DNA from: a virus
Length of the DNA: 64,000 nt
Strand: one strand, 5' to 3'
Virus record (IMG/VR): IMGVR_UViG_3300035157_000972
Shown: in pieces, positions 30,089-40,580 of the stretch
Layout of the letters: each line of letters begins with the position of its first letter
How positions within the stretch are numbered: the first letter of the stretch is position 1
Position numbers and translations under genes: made by a program
Notes under the pieces: generated by a model
Database searches by the model: none
What the model was told of the DNA's origin: nothing
The model's input: the letters and a program-made list of their open reading frames with translations, nothing else

Positions 30089-32446
30089 ATGACCAAATCT
30101 TGCCCGAAAGGACAATATTATTGCTACACTGATAAGAAGTGTAAAAAAATACCAAAAGGGTACATGATTGGTGCTCGCGGTTACTTGCGACAAGAACCAC
30201 AAGAGGATGATTCTAAAAAGAATGGTAATGGGAACGGTAACGGACACTCTAACTCAAATGGGAGTGGTCGGAATGGTAGTGGAAATGGTAACGGTAACTC
30301 TGGTGGTAATGGTGGTAGTGGTGGCGTGTCTGAAGCGACAATGACCTCATCTCAAAAGAGAAAGGACACAATGCTGAAGAAAAAATATGATGACTCTGAC
30401 ATGAAAAGGAACATGAAGAAACAGTATGGTAAGGAAGAAGGTGAAAAAGTTTATTATGCTACGATACGAAAACAAGCAATGGAATCTAATTTAGGAAAAC
30501 TTGATGAAGTAGGATACTATTCTGGACAAGATAGAGATCCCACTACTGGACTACCAAAGAAAATAAAAAGTCTTGGTGGAGGAAGAAAAGATACCCCATT
30601 GAAGGCGGTTCCGTATAGTATTCTTCGTGCTCATACTGAGATGCCTGTGACTGATATCAAAACCAGTAGCATGGATGAGTTAACAGACTATAGAACGTTT
30701 GTTCAGCAATCCATGGATGCGAAAAAAAGAGAAGCAGATAGGTACAAAGCAAAACAGAAGGCAGATAAAGATTGGTCAGCAAGAAAGAAGGAGAGAGTGC
30801 AGAAAGGTATAAAGTTCTATGATAAGAAGGGTAAAGGTTATATCAAAGGTGGAGTCAAGACATACGAAGAGAATGAAATAGAGGAGAGTGCATTTACAGA
30901 CTTCGCAAAAAAGTATGGTTTAGATCCAGTAAATGATTATTCAAAAATCAAGAGGATGATGAGATCTAATAATTTGAGAGGTATTAACAATAATCCTACA
31001 GGTATAAAAAATATTAATCAGGTTGAAAACGAATCTGTGCAGACAGAGGGGTCATTACATAAATGGTTCAAGGGATCTAAATCAAAAGATGGAAAAGGTG
31101 GATGGGTCAACGTAGTAACTGGTGGAACCTGTGCTAGTGATGAACCCGGAGAAGGTACACCTAAGTGTGTGTCATCTTCTAAGAGAGCAAGTATGTCTAA
31201 AGCAGAAAGATTATCTGCTGCTCGTCGTAAAAAGAAAGCAGACCCCGGTCAGCAGTCAAAAACTGGTGCTGCAAAACCAACTTACGTTTCAACTGACAAA
31301 CCTAAAAAGAATATGAAAGAAGAGAATCAAATTACTGAAGCAGACAAGAAGGGTAAAGGTAGTGGCACAAAAGATGCTTGCTATCATAAGGTCAAGTCAA
31401 GATATTCTGTATGGCCAAGTGCATATGCATCAGGTGCATTAGTCAAGTGTCGTAAGAAAGGTGCTGCTAACTGGGGTAACAGTAAGAAAGAAGAGTTTGA
31501 AGGCACTAAGAGTTACAGTGATTTCATGGATGAGGCAAAGAAATGTTGGAAAGGATATAAGAAAACAGGCACACAGAAACTATTCGGTAAGACATACAAT
31601 AGATGTGAGAAAGAAGAAACTCAGTTAGAAGATAGTAGATTGACAAGTTCTAATGACATGCAGAGTAAAATGTATGCTGATAAGAACAAGTCTGGTAAGA
31701 AGATGAGTGATGATGAGATCAAGAAAGAGAAGGGTGGAAAGGAGTTTCTTGCTAGACTCAAGGCAGCAAAGGAGAAGATGAAGAAAGAAGGAACATCTTA
31801 CGGTTTATACAAAGGAGATGGTAAACCCAAAGGTCCTATGGCAAAGTTTGGGGAGAAGAAAAAGAAAGAAAAAAAGATTGAAGAGAAGGTAAATCTAAAG
31901 GATAAGTCTTCTCAGTATGCTAGAAGTACAAAGGAAGTTGACACTGCAATGACAGATCATGTCAACAGAAAAAGAGGAACTCATTACGGTAAAGATGGTA
32001 AGGTCACAGAGATAGGTCGTTACCGCAGACCAAGTAAAAGAGAAGCAAGAAATGAATTGATCGCTATGAATAAAGAGTCAAAGTCATTTTCTCAGTTCAC
32101 TCAAGAATGTTGGAAGACTCACAAGAAAGTGGGTATGAAGATGAAAAATGGCAAACTTGTGAATGATTGTCGTCCTAAGAATGAAGAGGTAGCAGTTGAG
32201 GGAGCAGCATGGACAAAAAAGTCAGGAAAGAATAAAGAAGGTGGACTCAACGAAAAGGGAAGAAAGTCTTACGAAAGAGAAAATCCCGGATCTGACCTCA
32301 AAGCACCTACCAAAAAAGTTGGAAATCCTAGAAGAGCATCTTTCTGTGCTAGAATGAAGGGAATGAAAAAGAAGTTGACATCTAGCAAGACTGCCAACGA
32401 TCCAGATTCAAGAATAAATAAATCACTGCGAAAGTGGAACTGCTAA
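30089..32446 (+). CDS. Lys-rich modular hypothetical protein; candidate internal head polyprotein
   Basis: 785 aa; short basic and Cys-paired modules separated by Glu-ending linkers; N/G low-complexity tract at ~30221-30326. Confidence 0.75.
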   Translation: MTKSCPKGQYYCYTDKKCKKIPKGYMIGARGYLRQEPQEDDSKKNGNGNGNGHSNSNGSGRNGSGNGNGNSGGNGGSGGVSEATMTSSQKRKDTMLKKKYDDSDMKRNMKKQYGKEEGEKVYYATIRKQAMESNLGKLDEVGYYSGQDRDPTTGLPKKIKSLGGGRKDTPLKAVPYSILRAHTEMPVTDIKTSSMDELTDYRTFVQQSMDAKKREADRYKAKQKADKDWSARKKERVQKGIKFYDKKGKGYIKGGVKTYEENEIEESAFTDFAKKYGLDPVNDYSKIKRMMRSNNLRGINNNPTGIKNINQVENESVQTEGSLHKWFKGSKSKDGKGGWVNVVTGGTCASDEPGEGTPKCVSSSKRASMSKAERLSAARRKKKADPGQQSKTGAAKPTYVSTDKPKKNMKEENQITEADKKGKGSGTKDACYHKVKSRYSVWPSAYASGALVKCRKKGAANWGNSKKEEFEGTKSYSDFMDEAKKCWKGYKKTGTQKLFGKTYNRCEKEETQLEDSRLTSSNDMQSKMYADKNKSGKKMSDDEIKKEKGGKEFLARLKAAKEKMKKEGTSYGLYKGDGKPKGPMAKFGEKKKKEKKIEEKVNLKDKSSQYARSTKEVDTAMTDHVNRKRGTHYGKDGKVTEIGRYRRPSKREARNELIAMNKESKSFSQFTQECWKTHKKVGMKMKNGKLVNDCRPKNEEVAVEGAAWTKKSGKNKEGGLNEKGRKSYERENPGSDLKAPTKKVGNPRRASFCARMKGMKKKLTSSKTANDPDSRINKSLRKWNC

Positions 32447-32449
32447 TTT

Positions 32450-34108
32450 ATGCCCCAACAAAGTGACGTCTATCTTGGTAATCCGAATCTAAAAAAAGCG
32501 AACACTGAAATTCAGTTTACAGAAGATAATGTAAAAGAATTTCTAAAGTGTAAAGACGATCCAGTTTACTTTGCTAGAAAATATATCAAAATCGTAAACG
32601 TTGATGAGGGTCTTGTACCTTTTGAGATGTGGCCATTTCAAGAGAAGTTAATAAAAAACTTTCATAAAAATAGATTCAATATCTGTATGATGCCCCGTCA
32701 GACTGGTAAGTCAACGACGTCGGTGTCTTATTTGTTGCACTATGCTATATTCAATGACAATATAAACATCGGTATTCTTGCTAACAAGGCAGCAACTGCA
32801 AGAGATCTACTCGGTAGATTGCAGACTGCATACGAGAACTTACCGAAGTGGATGCAGCAAGGTATTGTTGCATGGAACAAAGGATCGATGGATCTAGACA
32901 ATGGTTCTAAGATCATGGCAGCATCTACATCTGCTGCTGCTGTTCGAGGTATGACCTTCAACATCATATTCTTGGACGAATTTGCTTTCGTACCAAATCA
33001 TATTGCAGACGACTTTTTTAGTTCAGTATATCCTACAATATCATCTGGTAAGTCAACAAAAATTATAATCGTATCTACCCCCAAGGGTATGAATCACTTC
33101 TACCGTATGTGGCATGACGCAGAGAAAGGTAGAAATGAGTATGTCCCGACTGAGGTTCACTGGTCAGAAGTTCCGGGCAGAGATGCAAAGTGGAAAGCAC
33201 AAACTATTGCCAATACAAGTGAACAACAGTTCAAGGTTGAGTTTGAGTGTGAATTCCTAGGATCTGTTGATACATTGATAGCACCATCCAAACTGAAAGC
33301 GATGGCATATAATGACCCAGTGCAGACAAACGGGCATCTGATGGTGTATGAGACGCCTGTGAAAGGAAGAGATTATATTATCACTGTAGACGTAGCAAGA
33401 GGCATTTCAAAGGACTATAGTGCCTTTGTGGTGTTTGACATCACAGAGTTTCCATATAGAGTGGTGGCAAAGTATAGAGATAATGAAATCAAACCTATGC
33501 TTTTCCCATCGGTGATTATGGATGTGGCACTAGCATATCAAGAAGCATTTGTTTTATGTGAAGTAAATGATATTGGTGATCAAGTGGCAAGTATATTACA
33601 GTATGACTTAGAGTATGAGAATGTATTGATGTGTGCTATGCGGGGTAGATCTGGTCAGATAGTCGGTACAGGTTTCAGTGGTAAGAAGACTCAATTGGGT
33701 GTGAAGATGAGTGTCACTGTAAAGAAGGTAGGTTGCAGTAACCTGAAAACACTGATTGAGGAAGATAAATTACAAATTTTAGATTATGATATAATATCAG
33801 AATTGACCACGTTTGTTCAGAAAAGACAATCCTTTGAGGCAGAAGAAGGTTGTAATGACGACCTTGCTATGTGTTTAGTAATCTTTGCATGGTTGGTAGC
33901 ACAGGAATACTTCAAGGAGATGACTGACAATGACGTCAGGAAAAGGATCTATGAAGAACAAAAGAATCAAATAGAACAAGACATGGCACCTTTCGGATTC
34001 ATGACAGATGGATTGAATGATGAAGAGAACGAGATTGTTGACTCATCAGGGGATGTCTGGAAAGTTGATGAGTATGGTGATCGTTCCTATATGTGGGATT
34101 ACCGATGA
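32450..34108 (+). CDS. gp17: Terminase large subunit gp17
   Basis: YLGNPNLKKAN, Walker A PRQTGKS, Walker B IIFLDEFAF, nuclease DDLAM. Confidence 0.97.
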   Translation: MPQQSDVYLGNPNLKKANTEIQFTEDNVKEFLKCKDDPVYFARKYIKIVNVDEGLVPFEMWPFQEKLIKNFHKNRFNICMMPRQTGKSTTSVSYLLHYAIFNDNINIGILANKAATARDLLGRLQTAYENLPKWMQQGIVAWNKGSMDLDNGSKIMAASTSAAAVRGMTFNIIFLDEFAFVPNHIADDFFSSVYPTISSGKSTKIIIVSTPKGMNHFYRMWHDAEKGRNEYVPTEVHWSEVPGRDAKWKAQTIANTSEQQFKVEFECEFLGSVDTLIAPSKLKAMAYNDPVQTNGHLMVYETPVKGRDYIITVDVARGISKDYSAFVVFDITEFPYRVVAKYRDNEIKPMLFPSVIMDVALAYQEAFVLCEVNDIGDQVASILQYDLEYENVLMCAMRGRSGQIVGTGFSGKKTQLGVKMSVTVKKVGCSNLKTLIEEDKLQILDYDIISELTTFVQKRQSFEAEEGCNDDLAMCLVIFAWLVAQEYFKEMTDNDVRKRIYEEQKNQIEQDMAPFGFMTDGLNDEENEIVDSSGDVWKVDEYGDRSYMWDYR

Positions 34109-34206
34109 TTGTATGGTCAATTATATGGATGGTCTTCATACTATGTGTCTGTGTTGGCATTGTAATCTGGTGGATTATGACCTATGACAGTAGGAATGGA
34201 ATTTGA
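34105..34206 (+). CDS. 33-aa single-TM membrane peptide (not in ORF track)
   Basis: MIVWSIIWMVFILCVCVGIVIWWIMTYDSRNGI; ATGA overlap with gp17 stop. Confidence 0.55.
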   Translation: MIVWSIIWMVFILCVCVGIVIWWIMTYDSRNGI

Positions 34207-34414
34207 AGATACCTTTTCACTAGATCATCTGGTATTTACAGAAAGGAAATGTAGAACCTGTGGTATCACTAAAGATTTGTTGAGTGGTTTTTACAGAACA
34301 AGAAATAAAAGAACCACACCTTCTGCATATTCTTATGAGTGTAAGGAGTGTACAAAGATAAGAGTCAAGTCAAAAAGAAGAAAGAATAAACCTGAATTAT
34401 ATCCTGATTGGTAG
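34196..34414 (+). CDS. Small zinc-finger protein (CxxC...CxxC)
   Basis: RKCRTCG..K.L...FY...SAYSYECKEC, ends YPDW; usual cyanophage gene between gp17 and gp18. Confidence 0.7.
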   Translation: MEFEDTFSLDHLVFTERKCRTCGITKDLLSGFYRTRNKRTTPSAYSYECKECTKIRVKSKRRKNKPELYPDW

Positions 34415-34497
34415 GGTTCATGCACTGTTTCCCCTCTGTAAGCGTGTTTTTTTCTAAATATTAATAGTCAAACAGTAGGGAATCACAGGAATTTTAC

Positions 34498-36741
34498 ATG
34501 GCACTCAGACTATCATCTCCGGGTATCAGTGTAAGAGAAGTTGACCTTACCAGAGGTGGCGTAAATGCAAGCATTAACGTCGCTGCCGGTATTGCCGGAC
34601 CATTCAAAAAAGGACCTGTAAATGAAGTTTGCAGGATCAACAATGAAAAAGAACTTATAGACAAGTTCGGAGGTCCCGGTGTAGGTCTAACTGACTATCA
34701 CTATGAAACTTGGTATGCTGCATCTAATTTCTTATCATATGGAGGGCAACTAGATGTTGTTCGTGCCGGTGGTGGAAATGTTGCAGGATCACAAATGGTT
34801 AATGCCAACGCAGGAGTTGGAATAGCATCGACCACAACATTAGTCATCGAAAACTACGATGATTATAACAACAACGAAATCAATGCAACCAATTTCTATT
34901 GGGCAGCAAAGAACCCCGGATCATGGGGAGAAAATCTAAAGGTATGTGTTATTGATAACGCAGCAGACCAAAGGATTTCTGGTATTCTAACTGCAGTATG
35001 TGGTTCAGGAACAAATACTTATACATCTAAACCAATTGCAGTGGGTTATGCTGTAACTCAGGCATTGAGTGGTGTAAACATTGGTATTGGAACAACCGGA
35101 TCACCCGGAGTTCATGATTACCTGAAGGGTATCATAACTGGGGTAGGTAATAGTTTCATTGATGTCAAGGTTGTATCAACAGTTATTGCAGGAGTAGAAA
35201 CTGCAACATCATATCAGCAAAACTCACAACTTGAGTTCAAGACAGGATCTAGCGGTCAGCATACTAACATTGGTATCTCATCAGTAGCAGCAACCGACCC
35301 ATGGAAACTTACCGGAACACCGGTACTGTCAGATTGGTATAATCAACAGGACATTACTACCGGAAGAGGAGATGGTGGAACTGACGCTATCACAATCAAG
35401 TGGAGATCAGTATTACCAAAACCACAGACAAACTCTTATGTCTCGGAAAGAAATGGAAACAATGATGCAATTAACGTCGTTGTTATTGATTCTGATGGCA
35501 CTGTTACAGGAAGCACGGGATCGTTACTAGAAAAATTTGGCAATTTATCAAAGGCACAAGACGCTGATGGATCTCCTAACAAAGACATCTATTACAAGAA
35601 TGTCCTTGCTAATGAGTCTGAGTACATATTTGCCGGTTTATCTCCTGTCAATGCAGCAGATAGTTTCCATAACACACAACCACTAGCGAGTGGATTTAGT
35701 AGTGGAGTCACACCAATTGCTGCAGCAGCAGGTGCTTGGGGACAAGACGGTAAAGATGTCAAGTTCAATTTATTAGGTAATAAGAGTTACTTACTGAAAG
35801 GTGGTAAAGACTACGGTGGACACATTGGAGTCTATGACGCTGATCTAGGTGACACACTTAATGCTTATGATAAGTTGGCAGACAAGGTAAATTCTGATAT
35901 CAGATTCCTACTACAAGGTGGAGCATCTAAGTCAATATCGGAAGAGCAAGCAAAGGCACAGAAACTTATATCAATCTGCGAAGCAAGAAAGGATTGTGTA
36001 GCGTTTATCTCACCTAACCGTGATTCAGTTGTAAACATTACTAATTCAGCAACTAAACTAGCAAACGTTCTAGCGTTCTTCGCACCATTAGCATCATCAT
36101 CATACGCTGTATTCGATAGTGGATATCAATACTTCTATGATAGATTCAACAAAAAGTTCAACTACATGCCACTCTCAAGTGACGTTGCAGGACTTTGTGT
36201 TAGAACAGATGTAAATCAGTTCCCATGGTTCTCACCTGCAGGAACATCAAGAGGTTCACTAGCACATGCAGTGAAACTAGCATACAATCCCGGTCAGGAA
36301 GACAGAGATCAGTTGTATTCACAAAGAATCAACCCAGTTATCTCACTACCCGGATCAGGAATCACTCTCTTTGGTGACAAGACTGCACTTGCATTCAGCA
36401 GTGCATTCGATCGCATCAACGTAAGGAGATTGTTCATCACAGTAGAAAAAGCGATTGAAGCAGCAGCAAATGCTCAACTCTTTGAACTCAATGATGCAGG
36501 CACAAGATCAAACTTTGTCAACATTGTTGAACCATTCCTAAGAGATGTTCAATCTAAGCGAGGAGTTACAGACTTCTTACTTGTGTGTGATGAAACAAAT
36601 AACACACCAGATGTCATTGACCGCAACGAGTTTGTGGCAGACATATTCCTGAAGCCATCAAGGTCGATCAACTTCATAGGACTAACATTCGTCGCAACAA
36701 GAACTGGAGTTTCCTTCAGTGAAGTTGTAGGCACAGTTTAG
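34498..36741 (+). CDS. gp18: Tail sheath protein gp18
   Basis: SPGISVREVDLT, PWFSPAG..RG, FDRINVRRLF, KPSRSINFI. Confidence 0.97.
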   Translation: MALRLSSPGISVREVDLTRGGVNASINVAAGIAGPFKKGPVNEVCRINNEKELIDKFGGPGVGLTDYHYETWYAASNFLSYGGQLDVVRAGGGNVAGSQMVNANAGVGIASTTTLVIENYDDYNNNEINATNFYWAAKNPGSWGENLKVCVIDNAADQRISGILTAVCGSGTNTYTSKPIAVGYAVTQALSGVNIGIGTTGSPGVHDYLKGIITGVGNSFIDVKVVSTVIAGVETATSYQQNSQLEFKTGSSGQHTNIGISSVAATDPWKLTGTPVLSDWYNQQDITTGRGDGGTDAITIKWRSVLPKPQTNSYVSERNGNNDAINVVVIDSDGTVTGSTGSLLEKFGNLSKAQDADGSPNKDIYYKNVLANESEYIFAGLSPVNAADSFHNTQPLASGFSSGVTPIAAAAGAWGQDGKDVKFNLLGNKSYLLKGGKDYGGHIGVYDADLGDTLNAYDKLADKVNSDIRFLLQGGASKSISEEQAKAQKLISICEARKDCVAFISPNRDSVVNITNSATKLANVLAFFAPLASSSYAVFDSGYQYFYDRFNKKFNYMPLSSDVAGLCVRTDVNQFPWFSPAGTSRGSLAHAVKLAYNPGQEDRDQLYSQRINPVISLPGSGITLFGDKTALAFSSAFDRINVRRLFITVEKAIEAAANAQLFELNDAGTRSNFVNIVEPFLRDVQSKRGVTDFLLVCDETNNTPDVIDRNEFVADIFLKPSRSINFIGLTFVATRTGVSFSEVVGTV

Positions 36742-36753
36742 GAGGTATAAACA

Positions 36754-37380
36754 ATGGATAAGAACATTTTTTCAGTACCTAACAACACTAGAACAATCGA
36801 TGATTTCAAGGCAAGATTGATTCAAGGTGGTGCACGTCCCAACCTCTTTGAGGTTGAGATGGCATTTCCTACAGAGGAAATCTTTCCTGAGATAGGTGAT
36901 ACAACTTTTAGAATGATGATCAAGGGAGCACAACTCCCTGCATCAAATATTGCTGAAGTTGTTGTTCCTTTCAGAGGTAGACAACTCAAAGTTGCAGGGG
37001 ATAGAAGATTTGACCCATGGACTATCACAGTTATAAATGACGGTGACTTCAAACTTCGCGAAGCATTCGAGAAGTGGGCAAACTTTATCACTAAAGTATC
37101 CGATGGATCTGGAACAATCAATCCTAATGACTATCAAGTAAACTGGATTGTAAACCAACTTGGAAGAGCGAAGTTTACAGAAGGTCGTGCTGTTGATAGT
37201 GATTCACAACTTCCAGTTCTTAGAAGATATTACATGCAAGGTTGTTGGCCAAGTCAGGTCTCACCAGTAGAACTCAATTATGATACCGAAGGTATCGAAG
37301 AGTTCCAAGTAACACTTCAAGTTCAGTACTGGGAAGCGTACAAGGGTGCAGATGGACAGGGTGCTCCATCCGTGGTATAA
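36754..37380 (+). CDS. gp19: Tail tube protein gp19
   Basis: GGARPNLFEV, PFRGRQLKVAGDR.FDPWTITVIND, IEEFQVT. Confidence 0.95.
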   Translation: MDKNIFSVPNNTRTIDDFKARLIQGGARPNLFEVEMAFPTEEIFPEIGDTTFRMMIKGAQLPASNIAEVVVPFRGRQLKVAGDRRFDPWTITVINDGDFKLREAFEKWANFITKVSDGSGTINPNDYQVNWIVNQLGRAKFTEGRAVDSDSQLPVLRRYYMQGCWPSQVSPVELNYDTEGIEEFQVTLQVQYWEAYKGADGQGAPSVV

Positions 37381-37411
37381 TAAATAGGTATACAATAAGT
37401 CTAATATAATA

Positions 37412-39067
37412 ATGGCAAAACTTTTTGGATTCTCAATAGACGATGAAGAAAAGAAGTCGAAAGGTGTAGTCAGTCCCGTCCCCCCAAACAATGAGGATGG
37501 TGCTGACTATTATCTTAGTTCAGGATTTTACGGTCAGTATGTAGATATTGAAGGCGTATTCAGGACAGAATTCGACATCATCAGAAAATATCGTAACATG
37601 GCATTACACCCAGAGTGTGATACTGCTGTGGAACATGTTGTCAATGAAGCGATTGTCGCTGATTTGAATGATAGTCCTGTGGAAATAGACTTAGATAACT
37701 TAAATGCAAGTGCAGGTCTCAAGAATGTAATAAGAGATGAGTTCAAGTACATCAAAGACCTAATAGGATTCGATAAGAAAGCACATGAGATATTCAGAAA
37801 TTGGTATGTAGATGGCAGACTATACTACCACAAGGTTATTGACCTCAAGAAACCAGAATTAGGATTAGAAGAAGTAAGATATATCGATCCACTGAAGATC
37901 AAGTTGATGAGAATCAGACCAAAGGATCAAGAAAAGAAATATGATGTCAAACCATCAGGATCTATAGGTGAGTCAGTCACTGAAGATACAAAGGTTATAG
38001 AATTCTACACATATTATCCACAAGGAACTGCACAGAAGTATGGTAGCATTGCGGGTAAAGGTGTCAAAATTGCAAAGGATGCAATCACATATTGCTCATC
38101 AGGTCTAGTAGATAGAAACAAGCATATTGGTTTATCATACTTACATAAGTCAATCAAGGCACTCAATCAGTTACGTATGATTGAGGACTCTCTTGTTATC
38201 TACAGACTGTCGAGAGCACCAGAAAGAAGAATATTCTACATTGACGTTGGTAATCTACCAAAGGTAAAGGCAGAACAATACCTTCGTGATGTAATGAGTC
38301 GTTACAGAAACAAACTTGTATACGATGCAAACACTGGAGAGATCAAGGATGACAAGAAATTCATGTCTATGCTTGAAGATTTCTGGTTACCAAGAAGAGA
38401 AGGTGGTCGTGGAACAGAGATCACAACTCTTCCCGGTGGACAGAATTTAGGTGAACTTACAGACGTAGAATACTTCCAGAAAAAACTATATCGTTCACTC
38501 AATGTACCTGAGTCAAGAATAGGTGCAGATGGTGGATTCAACTTAGGTAGATCATCTGAGATCTTGCGTGATGAACTTATGTTCAGTAAGTTTGTTGGTC
38601 GTTTGAGAAAGAGATTTAGTGGTGTATTCTTAGATCTACTCAAGACACAACTAATCCTCAAAAACATAGTGACACCAACCGATTGGAATAAGATGGCAGA
38701 ACATATTCAGTTCGACTATCTCTATGACAATCATTTCGCAGAACTCAAAGAAACTGAGTTGATGAATGAGAGACTCAATCTCATGACTCAGATCGAACCA
38801 TACATCGGAACTTACTACTCTCGTGACTATGTAAAGCGTAAGATATTACGTCAGACAGAAGAAGAGATGCTAGAAATGGAGAAAGAGATGGAGGAAGAAA
38901 ATGCAACAGGTGTTGGTGTACCTTTAGAAACGCAGCAAGCAATAGCACAGGGTCAAATGGAGGTTGACAGGGCGACAACTAACCTTGGAAAGAACGGAAA
39001 AGACCCAGACACAGATGGTAAAAGCACGGAGTCACCCGGCATAGACATAAAGAAAGCTAAAATATAA
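37412..39067 (+). CDS. gp20: Portal vertex protein gp20
   Basis: RAPERRIFYIDVGNLPK, EDFWLPRREGGRGTEITTLPGGQNLGE. Confidence 0.98.
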   Translation: MAKLFGFSIDDEEKKSKGVVSPVPPNNEDGADYYLSSGFYGQYVDIEGVFRTEFDIIRKYRNMALHPECDTAVEHVVNEAIVADLNDSPVEIDLDNLNASAGLKNVIRDEFKYIKDLIGFDKKAHEIFRNWYVDGRLYYHKVIDLKKPELGLEEVRYIDPLKIKLMRIRPKDQEKKYDVKPSGSIGESVTEDTKVIEFYTYYPQGTAQKYGSIAGKGVKIAKDAITYCSSGLVDRNKHIGLSYLHKSIKALNQLRMIEDSLVIYRLSRAPERRIFYIDVGNLPKVKAEQYLRDVMSRYRNKLVYDANTGEIKDDKKFMSMLEDFWLPRREGGRGTEITTLPGGQNLGELTDVEYFQKKLYRSLNVPESRIGADGGFNLGRSSEILRDELMFSKFVGRLRKRFSGVFLDLLKTQLILKNIVTPTDWNKMAEHIQFDYLYDNHFAELKETELMNERLNLMTQIEPYIGTYYSRDYVKRKILRQTEEEMLEMEKEMEEENATGVGVPLETQQAIAQGQMEVDRATTNLGKNGKDPDTDGKSTESPGIDIKKAKI

Positions 39068-39068
39068 G

Positions 39069-39076
39069 TATAAATA
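39069..39076 (+). promoter_or_regulatory. T4-type late promoter
   Basis: TATAAATA upstream of ATG 39100. Confidence 0.7.
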
Positions 39077-39099
39077 GATATACTATATAAAAATTCAAT

Positions 39100-39336
39100 A
39101 TGGAATCAGCAGAATTAGTTGATATGATGATCGATGGTGCTTCACCATCTGAGATGCAAGACGCTGTTAAAGATCTTTTGATCGTAAAAGCAGCAGACAA
39201 AGTTGATGAGTTCAAACCCTCAGTTGCTAATTCTCTATTTGGTGCATCAGAACAAGAGGAAGTACCAGAGACTGAATCTGAACTTGAAACTGAAACTGAA
39301 ACCGAAATTTCACAAGAAACACAAGAAGAAGAATGA
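39100..39336 (+). CDS. Small acidic prohead core protein (gp67-like position)
   Basis: Glu-rich C-terminus with ETE repeats; between gp20 and gp21. Confidence 0.6.
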   Translation: MESAELVDMMIDGASPSEMQDAVKDLLIVKAADKVDEFKPSVANSLFGASEQEEVPETESELETETETEISQETQEEE

Positions 39337-39896
39337 CTCAACCATTAAAACAGGTGACAGACCTCGGTATCTTGAGTAGTGCAAACGCTACAGCAGTTAC
39401 TGGTGATTCATTTATTGTGAAGACAGGACTATTACATGGTTCTGCTACTGCTGCAAAAGGCGGTGGATTGGTTGGGGTATGTAATACAACTACATCAGCA
39501 GTTGGTGTATCTTCAATTCATGTGAATAAACAGGATGATAAGATACTAAGATATACACACCCTGCTTCCGCAACTATCGTAGCGATCACAAAAGGTAATC
39601 CATCAGTTCTGCAAGTTAGCAGTAGAGATACGAAAATTGTAGAGGGTGATTTTGTCACGCTAACTGGATCTTCAGTTGGTGGATACAACACTACTATCAA
39701 GCATGTACCTGTTACTGCTGTTACTGGTGGTACTCTAAAGAATGATTATAAAACTACAATTACAGTCACTGCCAACACAGGATCATTAGCGGACTTTACA
39801 GGAACTGCAACTCTAGCAAAATCAGTTATCCCTATATTGAAACCCTCTTCTGCAAGTGGGTGTGAGTTATACATTAATGAGGTACAACTAGGATGA
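39333..39896 (+). CDS. Hypothetical virion protein
   Basis: ATGA-coupled on both sides inside the head operon; T/V/G-rich. Confidence 0.65.
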   Translation: MTQPLKQVTDLGILSSANATAVTGDSFIVKTGLLHGSATAAKGGGLVGVCNTTTSAVGVSSIHVNKQDDKILRYTHPASATIVAITKGNPSVLQVSSRDTKIVEGDFVTLTGSSVGGYNTTIKHVPVTAVTGGTLKNDYKTTITVTANTGSLADFTGTATLAKSVIPILKPSSASGCELYINEVQLG

Positions 39897-40540
39897 AACT
39901 TATAGCAGAAGAAATCGAATCAGTTGAAATTGTAACTGAAGAGAAGAACGGTAAGAAGAATTTATACATCACGGGTCCATTTCTGCAAGCAGAGGTGGTA
40001 AATCGTAATAAACGATTCTACCCACTAGAGACAATGGTCAATGAAGTGAATCGATATAACTCATCATTCACTGATAAGGGTCGTGCTCTAGGAGAGTTGG
40101 GTCATCCAGATGGTCCATCTATAAACTTAGATCGAGTATCACATAAGATTGTTTCTCTTACTCAAGAGGGAAATAACTTTATTGGTAAGGCACAGATCTT
40201 ATCAACACCCATGGGAAAAATCGCGGAATCTCTTCTCTCTGAAGGAGTGAAACTCGGAGTTTCCAGTCGTGGTATGGGTTCTATCAAGAACGTTGATGGT
40301 GTAAACCACGTCGGTGAAGACTTCATGCTTGCCACTGCTGCTGACATAGTAGCAGACCCTTCTGCCCCCGATGCTTTCGTAGATGGCATCATGGAAGGCA
40401 AGGAATGGGTATGGGAAGGAAACGTTTTGCGTGAAATGAAATGCAACGAGGTTAAGAAGTCTATAAATAACTTGGTAGATCAAGAAATCCTAGAGGCAAA
40501 CAAGTTGCGTCTCTTCGCGGACTTCTTATCTAACTTATAA
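39893..40540 (+). CDS. gp21: Prohead protease gp21
   Basis: RALGELGHPDGP, GVSSRGMGS, DIVADPSAPDAFV. Confidence 0.97.
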   Translation: MKLIAEEIESVEIVTEEKNGKKNLYITGPFLQAEVVNRNKRFYPLETMVNEVNRYNSSFTDKGRALGELGHPDGPSINLDRVSHKIVSLTQEGNNFIGKAQILSTPMGKIAESLLSEGVKLGVSSRGMGSIKNVDGVNHVGEDFMLATAADIVADPSAPDAFVDGIMEGKEWVWEGNVLREMKCNEVKKSINNLVDQEILEANKLRLFADFLSNL

Positions 40541-40543
40541 ATA
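40536..40543 (+). promoter_or_regulatory. T4-type late promoter for gp22-gp23
   Basis: TATAAATA overlapping the gp21 stop. Confidence 0.75.
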
Positions 40544-40580
40544 ATAATATTAACACATTCTAAGTACATTCGGAACCATA

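Noticed and set aside
39268-39332. GAAACT tandem repeats as a regulatory or contingency repeat
   Set aside because: Encode the ETE acidic tail of a prohead core-type protein; in-frame hexamers with no phase effect
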